60,941 nucleotides of DNA from a virus. Its lineage: Duplodnaviria > Caudoviricetes. Where the stretch lies: positions 1-60,941 of IMG/VR virus record IMGVR_UViG_3300017759_000004; one strand, written 5' to 3'. Below, piece by piece: positions 56,001 to 60,941 of the stretch. Positions within the stretch are counted from its first letter, which is position 1; the number at the start of each line of letters is the position of its first letter. The notes beneath the pieces are model-generated. The model had not been told where the DNA came from, searched no databases, and saw only the letters and a list, made by a program, of their open reading frames with translations. A program made the translations under genes and the position numbers.

Positions 56001-57227
56001 AGAAAAGTAAGATTTGCACACAGTAATCACTGTATGTACAGTGCTTCAAACAACGTTATTATCACTGGTGTAAAATCAGAAGTATCTCCAACATACTTAA
56101 CTGCTGCTATATCAGCAACTGATACTACGGTAAACGTAAACGATGCTTCTGCATTCCATCAAGTTATTAATGGTAATGCAATAAGTTCTACTGTAAAAGG
56201 ATATGCGAGAATCATTAGTGATGCAGGAACTGAAATTGTATCTTATACAGCAATATCAAGTGACTTTAAGACTATAACAGTATCAGAAAGAGGACTAGAT
56301 GGAACATCTGGAGTATCACACGTTGACGAATCAATTGTTGAATGCTATAACCTTGATGGTATACCACTAATCGAGATTAATAAAACTCATACTGGTATAT
56401 TGAATCCAACATTAGATACTTACGAGATATCTACAACATCTATTGCTAGACTTGGTATTAGATCTGGTGGTACAGGAGTTGTTGCAACACAAAATATACA
56501 GTATGATATCTTAGTTCCTCAAATCGAGAGAATGTTATTACCTCAAACAGGTGTAACTGCAAGAATTAATGGTATAAGTGGTACATCAATCAATGATGGT
56601 CAAACAAGATTACAAGAATCATTTGCAAATGATGGTGTATTCTCTGACATTATATTGAGTGAAGATAATCAACTACTAGCACCTCAACTTATATGTTCAA
56701 CAATCAATGAATCATCTGAGCTCTCTGGTGCTAAGTCATTTAGATTAGATCTAACAATGACTAGTGGTAAATCTAATGTATCTCCTGTTCTTGATACGGA
56801 TAGGATGTCAATGACATGTGTTATGAATAGGATTAATAGTCCTGCTGATCCTAACACAGCTAAACAATCTGTTGGTGATTTACACGATGGTGTGTATATA
56901 ACTCGTGCTGCAGATCTTTCAAATCCCTCTGGTGCATTGAAAGTTATGTTTGCAGGTTATCGCCCAAGTAACACTTTCATAAAGGTCCTATATAGAATAC
57001 GACCTACTGGATCAACAGATTCAATCGAAACATTTGGATTTGAGTTCTTCCCAGATTCTTCAGCATCAACACCTTCGACTACAGAAACTTTCGTTTTCAA
57101 AGATTACGAATATGAAGTCTCTGGTTTGAGTTTCGACCAGTATCAAATCAAGATTGTATTTGTTTCACCAAATCAATCTTCAGCACCCATCATTGAAGAC
57201 TTCCGAGCAATTGCTCTCGCTGTATAA
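50001..57227 (+). CDS. VrlC / DUF4815-like large structural protein
   Basis: NLNVTPYYDDFD..KNFYRVLFRPG.PIQARELT..QS; NKRYTMRDIG.LE.R...VEYYTSL; KNGFIVDDF; DPLAQSF; LFKSQNASTW. Confidence 0.88.
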   Translation: MAQNTNLNVTPYYDDFDKTKNFYRVLFRPGFPIQARELTTMQSILQNQVENVGSHLFKDGSMVIPGQIGYDLNVDAIQLQESFLGADVENYRTQLTGKIIEGLTSGVKAKVLFSISATESSKGYITLYVKYIESGGTGNTQSTFSNNEQLITDTEITFGTTLIEVGSPFTQLLPTSALQVGSVAYIQDGVFFIRGFFVDVAYQYLLLDQYGSNPSYRIGLDIQESIITPEDDLSLNDNAAGTSNYAAPGSHRFRITTRLVKKLLTDDADKDFLELLRINNSKVEKLVDRSAYDELERSLASRTFEESGDYVVKDFAITTRENLDDGFNNGVYAASSTTATGNTAAERLYAMEFGPGTAYVRGYRVKTLSPTYVDLDKPRDTQSAQNTIIPFEMGNDVVVTNVYGFPNATGSTLSNAYQTIELRDDFTSSGGTGAGNVVGFARLATMEHTSDGDNTTFGDADDTYKMNLFDVQMFTVIELATAQTIDLGSLLVGATSGARGYLVNALSAADHATLYGVEGTFAVGEMITVDGLNKDTIEVVHSYNFSDTRQLLARDESSNAVEFTSDIILNDNIGVQGSQFTYDATGSAEKITGLQSNFALDLKPGDKILFNTTKFVTVDKVNPAALTGSQNSTIFDYAAQTVNVTPGAGSAAPTAGDYPALLRQRAKLNNIDNADLLSAMPKKYIKSISDESMIVRRTFDARSVASNSISITLPANEQFQSISDENYTITVLAGSNSTHPVGDQITINTTSSSAIGYTTFTSADRTTIQIENLTSITSVKVTATISKNVTTKKTKAGQQMFVIKVNKTIENLDKQNYGLVYSNLYGTRVQDRDLSLGLVDSYRLHAVYESNDDNDPIIPSVTLVEPTFFATGTIVTGRTSGARAKVVAFSSGTLKLSLVYISGALQAGETIDGFDSANTAINAIINDSAGSVIVGSKVITDNYFLEVAQTNFMYDQSRIVRKKGVSTPIRKVLMVVDYYTHSATGDYFGGQSYLDTTYNDIPFFGTKYLADYLDFRPSSKNLYSGTGTVASPAYVNCSTFDFKSRVFNVSGSPNATIFDVPKLNSNFRADFDWYLPRIDKAFLTPAGEFQIVKGKSSESPQEPDDLKDGMLLATMSHKPYGFDAETDVVITRSDNKRYTMRDIGGLERRLDQVEYYTSLNMLEADTFNTKIIDVDGKDRLKNGFIVDDFSDHSKSQTSHEDFAAALSFSDGQCHPSHYTTNVALQVNTTVSQNYQQTGPCITLPYTELTIIEQPYASRVENINPFNVFTYIGRVDLTPASDDWLETQRLPAQVQQVEGDFQAVSSELRVDQNGFAPIQWGAWRDQWTTSRTVASTTTRNNFWLAEDIGRSPRPDVWSGRGMRRVNREETIATTVRQRRTGIRSRVIPRIDRQSLGDSIISATQIPWIRSRNVKVNVERLKPRTRFYGFFDGRKVSDYMTPKLVELIKNPATDARTNSTPFIPGETVRGQTSGCVLKVAAPNDLYNFNPYDDTAMPTSYASTTAFVNINTDDLAAQAVGSFYGNVIVGEVLVADSGARAVVKDRRLISDRFGKMGASFFIPPSAVDTNPRWATGTRTLRFSTSDSDSRIGGAVASSAEAEYEARGTLNRVRENILAVRNAEVVRDTTTQERNFNTIRTETRQVGWYDPLAQSFITDEEGGVFLTSVEVYFKTKDANIPVSMQVRTMENGYPTTSILPFSDVTLEPSVIQLSETAAVATKFTFKAPVYIPQSIEHCFVLLSDSNTYTVWISRMGEVDITGDRTISEQPYAGVLFKSQNASTWTADQYEDLKFKVNRAEFNTGASSIVTLNNAPLDIGNGGKLTLASDPVQTFLPEQDLLLNSTSLPYTVGARIYQKTTLAQGTIAKRTDNAGGVILTVKDITGSFQAGSNTGGVITQRIVSSKTTATMVVSGASGDFTVGETITGNSATTPTAEVVTWTAGSNTLTLRYVSTEFTPSSETITGGTSTVTATVSSITYAGDAVEASAISDAYPTATPTFSATQRKVRFAHSNHCMYSASNNVIITGVKSEVSPTYLTAAISATDTTVNVNDASAFHQVINGNAISSTVKGYARIISDAGTEIVSYTAISSDFKTITVSERGLDGTSGVSHVDESIVECYNLDGIPLIEINKTHTGILNPTLDTYEISTTSIARLGIRSGGTGVVATQNIQYDILVPQIERMLLPQTGVTARINGISGTSINDGQTRLQESFANDGVFSDIILSEDNQLLAPQLICSTINESSELSGAKSFRLDLTMTSGKSNVSPVLDTDRMSMTCVMNRINSPADPNTAKQSVGDLHDGVYITRAADLSNPSGALKVMFAGYRPSNTFIKVLYRIRPTGSTDSIETFGFEFFPDSSASTPSTTETFVFKDYEYEVSGLSFDQYQIKIVFVSPNQSSAPIIEDFRAIALAV

Positions 57228-57451
57228 TGTATCAACCTGTAAAAGGAAAAGATAACTGGTTTCGTGATTCACAAAGTGGATCATTTGACTGTGTTGATGA
57301 ATCCACTTACGACAAATACATGAAATCACATGCAGCAAGTAAGAAAGCAAAAGAAGATTTTTCTACTTTACAAAACGAAGTTAATGGGTTAAAATCAGAT
57401 ATGAGTGAAATAAAATCACTCTTACTAACGTTAGTTCAAAAAACATCATGA
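57227..57451 (+). CDS. Small coiled-coil protein downstream of the VrlC-like gene
   Basis: V.G...RD..SG...LKSDMSEIKSLL motif; TAATG and ATGA coupling. Confidence 0.75.
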   Translation: MYQPVKGKDNWFRDSQSGSFDCVDESTYDKYMKSHAASKKAKEDFSTLQNEVNGLKSDMSEIKSLLLTLVQKTS

Positions 57452-57687
57452 CAACATCAGCACCTGCAGAGGCACCTGTTGAAAAGGTCTCACAAGATGA
57501 GATGCTTAAACAGTTCAAAGATCGATACGCAGCATTGATCAAAGAAAATCAAGATCTTACAGCAAAGATCAAGGAAAATGAAGTGACTGCTTTAAAACTC
57601 CAAGGAGCAATAGAAACCCTAGAGTATTATGGAGCAGCACCTGAGGTAACAGAAACAGTACCAGAAACTCCAGAATTGACAGATTAA
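57448..57687 (+). CDS. Small coiled-coil protein
   Basis: KLQGAIETLEY motif; followed by a terminator-like hairpin. Confidence 0.75.
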   Translation: MTTSAPAEAPVEKVSQDEMLKQFKDRYAALIKENQDLTAKIKENEVTALKLQGAIETLEYYGAAPEVTETVPETPELTD

Positions 57688-57690
57688 GTT

Positions 57691-57719
57691 GAAGGGGGGT
57701 CTAGAACCCCCTTCTTTCT
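57691..57719 (+). terminator. Hairpin, probable intrinsic terminator
   Basis: GAAGGGGG (57691-57698)/CCCCCTTC (57707-57714) with an imperfect T tail. Confidence 0.65.
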
Positions 57720-57722
57720 ATC

Positions 57723-57729
57723 ATAAATA
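57723..57729 (+). promoter_or_regulatory. Late promoter
   Basis: ATAAATA upstream of the tail fibre gene. Confidence 0.7.
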
Positions 57730-57767
57730 ACTTGGAAGTGTAATCCCTATAGAGTTATAACTCAAAA

Positions 57768-60700
57768 ATGGCAAATAGACTACAATTAAGAAGAGGTGGC
57801 GCACAAGAATGGGCAAACTCTAACCCAACTCTTGCACAAGGTGAACTTGGCATCGAACTTGATACTGGAAGGTTCAAGATTGGTGACGGTGTAACTGCGT
57901 GGAATACTCTGACTTATGAGAGACCTGTTGAATCTACTTCTAACACTGCAAATACATTAGTACAAAGGGATGCTGATGGTAATTTTGCTGCAGGTACTAT
58001 TACTGCAACTCTTATTGGTAACTCTTCTACTTCTGCTAGACTTGCTTCAACTAGACAGATCCAACTTTCCAGTGATGTACTAGCAACTGGTGTATTTGAC
58101 GGATCACAGAACTTAAATTTAACTGCTGCATTAGCACTTCAATCAACACTACCTCATTACGATGGTTCAGCATCTGCTACAGGAACTTATACTAAAGTAA
58201 CAGTTGATGCGAAAGGAAGAATAACAAACGCTTCAAACCCAACAACACTTGCAGACTATAATCTTAATGGAACTGTAGAAGGATCTTCTGCTCAACCATA
58301 TGACTTAGACCTTGTTGCAATTGCAGGTCTTACTACTACAGGTTTGATATCTAGAACCTCTGGTGGTGCAATGGCAACCAGAACAATTACTGGAACGTCA
58401 GGAAATATATCAGTAAATAATGGAGACGGTGTATCAGGAAACCCAACTCTAGATATCATTACAACTGCTGTTACAGCAGGTAACTATAATACGGAATCCC
58501 TGACATCCGTATCTGGAGCAGGTGGAAGTGGAGAACCCTTTGGTACTGCTACAGTTAACGCTACTAAGTTCACTGTTGATGACCGTGGCAGACTAACATC
58601 TGCGACAAATGTACCAATCGCTACTGCTGCAGAAGGTAGTAAGTACGCTAGCTACAGTGCAGGTACAACTTACGTTAGATATGACATCATTGCTAACGCA
58701 TCAAAGGTTTATCAAGCAATCCAAGGAATCGCAGCAGGTAGTGGTGCTCCCACTCATACTAGCGGTGACTCTGGCGGGTGGCGATATCTCGCTGCCGAGG
58801 CAACAGAGCAGAAAGGATTGGCTAGTTTTGCACAGGAAGATTTCGACGTTGACAGCAATGGGCACGTCACGATCTCCTCCTTAGGAGTTGACAACACTCA
58901 ACTACAAAATAATAGAATTGGATTTGCTGACGGTAATACAATAGAGACTTTTGAACTAGATCAAGAACTTACAGCAACATCTGGATACAGAGGATTTAAC
59001 TATCTTAACTACGTTAAAGTAAACAACACTTCTGGTAGTTTACTTTTCGGTGCTAACAACACAGGAGATAGTGGAAATGGAGAGGTAGATATAAATGTAA
59101 AAACATTATTCAGTGATCCAGATTTCATTCTAGATGGTGCTACAGCACAACAGATTGATAAGACTGGTGATGGTGATTTCAATATAGAACTAACACAGAA
59201 CAGTTCTTCTGCTAGAAACCTTACTGTTGCTTCTACAAACGCAGGATCTGGCACAAGTACATTAACTCTTACTGCAGAAGATGTCGTTGATATTGATGCA
59301 TCTGCTGCTACTGGTAAAGTTCATATTGAAAATGTAAGAGTTCAAACAAACTATATTGGATCAACAGATTCAACCTTACACCTTGACCCAGGTGATGATA
59401 GAGCAATAACAGGGTTAGTACGAGTTCACGGAGATTTTCAAGTAGATGGTACGACGACGACAATTAATTCAACAGTTACAACAGTGGATGATCCCATCAT
59501 TACTCTTGGTGGGGATTCTGCTCCTGCTAGTGATGACAATAAAGATCGTGGGGTTGAGTTCAGATATTACGACTCTCAAGCAAGAGTTGGTTTCTTTGGT
59601 TACGACGACAACTACACCGACCTTGGAGGACATGTCGGAGGATTCACATTTTTACACGACGCCACAAATACTTCTGAGGTCTTTAGCGGAACAGCGAGTG
59701 GTATAACTGCAGGTAACTTAAAACTTACAACAAACACAAACTCAACATCTAATACTACTGGAGATTTGGTAGTTGCAGGTGGTGCAGGTATAGGAGATGA
59801 TGTTAATATTGGTGGTCTACTAGATGTTGATGGCACATTCAGAGCAAACAGCACATCTAGATTTGATGATAATATTGTTTTACAAGGTGCTTCTAAGACA
59901 TTACAACTAAACAATGGATCTGGAACTACTAAGATTGAGTTCCAATCTACAACTGGTAATGCATCTATTACAGGTATAACTGATATTACAGGCAACCTTA
60001 ACGTTAACACTAACAAGTTTAACGTTGTTGCTGCTTCTGGTAACACAACTATTGCAGGTACATTGGGTGTTACAAGCATTGCTACCTTCTCTAATAATAT
60101 TGATGCAAACGGTGACGTTGCAATATCAGGTAACATTCACTCAGAAAGCACAAATGATATTACTGCTGCCAAGAACGGAACATCTGGTGCTTGGGAGATC
60201 CAATCAAATGATTATGGTTCATTAAGAGTTGACGGTGGTGCATACGTTGCAGGTTCTGCTCTGATTGATGGTACGTTACACGTTAACGGTCCTCTTGAGA
60301 TTAAGGATAGTGCAACAGAAACTGAATCTAGATTGAACTGGTTGAGAGTTAGATACAGAGGTCGTTTTGGTGACAGTTACCAAGCATCTCCATCTTATGC
60401 ATCTCATAACTTCTCTACCTTAAAGGCACATGGTGGTGCAGGTATTATGAAATCCTTGTACGTTGGTGCTACAGGGTCAGGTGAAGGATTCTACGTTGGT
60501 AAACTAAACAGTGGAGATACTGCTAAGTTCTCTGTTGTTGGTGCATCTGGAAATACAGATATTCAAGGTACACTTGACGTTGCAAGTAATACAAATATTA
60601 ATGGCACACTAGACGTTGATGCAGACTTCGCTGTTAGAAACGGAACTACTGATAAGTTCTTCGTTGACAATGTAACTGGTAATACTAATATTGAGGGAAG

Positions 60701-60941
60701 TCTAACTGCTGATGGTCACACAGAATTAAATAGCACTCTTAACGTTGATAGTAATACAACACTTGGTGCACAACTTACAGTAACTGGTAACTCCGAGTTC
60801 AACGGAACTGTAGATGTTGATGCAAACTTTGCAGTCAGATCAGGTTCAACTGATAAGATGACTGTTGCATCTTCCACAGGTAACATTGCAACTGATGGTA
60901 CACTAACAGTTCAAGGTGAAACACAGATCATTGACTCTCTA
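57768..60941 (+). CDS. Long tail fibre protein (partial, runs off window; absent from ORF track)
   Basis: MANRLQLRRGGAQEWANSNPTLAQGELGIELDTGRFKIGDGVTAWN (Mtd-N/hyaluronidase-N-like start), YTKVTVDAKGRIT, and KF.V...GNT.I.GTL.V fibre repeats toward the window end. Confidence 0.9.
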   Translation, partial: MANRLQLRRGGAQEWANSNPTLAQGELGIELDTGRFKIGDGVTAWNTLTYERPVESTSNTANTLVQRDADGNFAAGTITATLIGNSSTSARLASTRQIQLSSDVLATGVFDGSQNLNLTAALALQSTLPHYDGSASATGTYTKVTVDAKGRITNASNPTTLADYNLNGTVEGSSAQPYDLDLVAIAGLTTTGLISRTSGGAMATRTITGTSGNISVNNGDGVSGNPTLDIITTAVTAGNYNTESLTSVSGAGGSGEPFGTATVNATKFTVDDRGRLTSATNVPIATAAEGSKYASYSAGTTYVRYDIIANASKVYQAIQGIAAGSGAPTHTSGDSGGWRYLAAEATEQKGLASFAQEDFDVDSNGHVTISSLGVDNTQLQNNRIGFADGNTIETFELDQELTATSGYRGFNYLNYVKVNNTSGSLLFGANNTGDSGNGEVDINVKTLFSDPDFILDGATAQQIDKTGDGDFNIELTQNSSSARNLTVASTNAGSGTSTLTLTAEDVVDIDASAATGKVHIENVRVQTNYIGSTDSTLHLDPGDDRAITGLVRVHGDFQVDGTTTTINSTVTTVDDPIITLGGDSAPASDDNKDRGVEFRYYDSQARVGFFGYDDNYTDLGGHVGGFTFLHDATNTSEVFSGTASGITAGNLKLTTNTNSTSNTTGDLVVAGGAGIGDDVNIGGLLDVDGTFRANSTSRFDDNIVLQGASKTLQLNNGSGTTKIEFQSTTGNASITGITDITGNLNVNTNKFNVVAASGNTTIAGTLGVTSIATFSNNIDANGDVAISGNIHSESTNDITAAKNGTSGAWEIQSNDYGSLRVDGGAYVAGSALIDGTLHVNGPLEIKDSATETESRLNWLRVRYRGRFGDSYQASPSYASHNFSTLKAHGGAGIMKSLYVGATGSGEGFYVGKLNSGDTAKFSVVGASGNTDIQGTLDVASNTNINGTLDVDADFAVRNGTTDKFFVDNVTGNTNIEGSLTADGHTELNSTLNVDSNTTLGAQLTVTGNSEFNGTVDVDANFAVRSGSTDKMTVASSTGNIATDGTLTVQGETQIIDSL

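Noticed and set aside
23213-57227. Inteins or introns explaining the giant ORFs
   Set aside because: No Hint-domain C...HN motifs, LAGLIDADG/HNH signatures or frame breaks noticed; the inserts look like structural domains.
18773-60225. Numerous minus-strand and alternate-frame ORFs inside structural genes
   Set aside because: Shadow ORFs of Gly/Thr/Ser/Val-rich coding sequence; fully nested, with no recognisable motifs or signals.
57768-60941. Diversity-generating retroelement suggested by the Mtd-N-like start
   Set aside because: That N-terminal domain is common in fibres; no reverse transcriptase or TR/VR pair is visible in the window.
1-60941. tRNA or rRNA genes
   Set aside because: No cloverleaf with T-loop/D-loop consensus seen in the intergenic gaps by eye; tRNAscan-SE would confirm.

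Overview
AT-rich segment of a T4-like marine cyanomyovirus (Kyanoviridae type, host probably Prochlorococcus/Synechococcus; inferred from gene content, not from a search). Essentially all credible genes are on the + strand. (1) 1-6.3 kb: accessory genes (two 2OG-Fe(II) oxygenases, a DUF401/ion-transporter-like membrane protein, a late-promoter-driven Gly-rich fibre gene plus partner, small ORFs). (2) 5.0-16.5 kb: an early/host-takeover region cut into modules by 12 copies of a 24-bp 10-4-10 palindrome, TGTG(C/A)CA(G/C)TT-N4-AA(G/C)TG(G/T)CACA, each about 28-32 bp upstream of a -10 box and usually overlapping the 3' end of the preceding gene. The modules carry a helicase + EcoRI/MunI-like nuclease + D12 adenine methyltransferase operon, a candidate structured ncRNA pair, and about 30 tiny, often acidic ORFs. 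(3) 16.7-17.0 kb: a consensus sigma70 promoter overlapping a terminator and firing into a GC-rich repeat island (candidate origin). (4) 17.5-60.9 kb: baseplate/tail module (Cys-rich virion protein, PAAR, gp25, gp6, a 6587-aa gp7-like giant, gp9/10-like protein, YHYH-type protein, gp8, VrlC/DUF4815-like protein, long tail fibre running off the window). Most striking: the palindrome-delimited cassette array, the phage R-M-like operon, four-level nested domain insertion and phycobiliprotein-like Cys helical repeats in the giant protein, and CxxHxxM blue-copper-like sites in two virion proteins. All family calls are motif recognition by eye; no databases were run.
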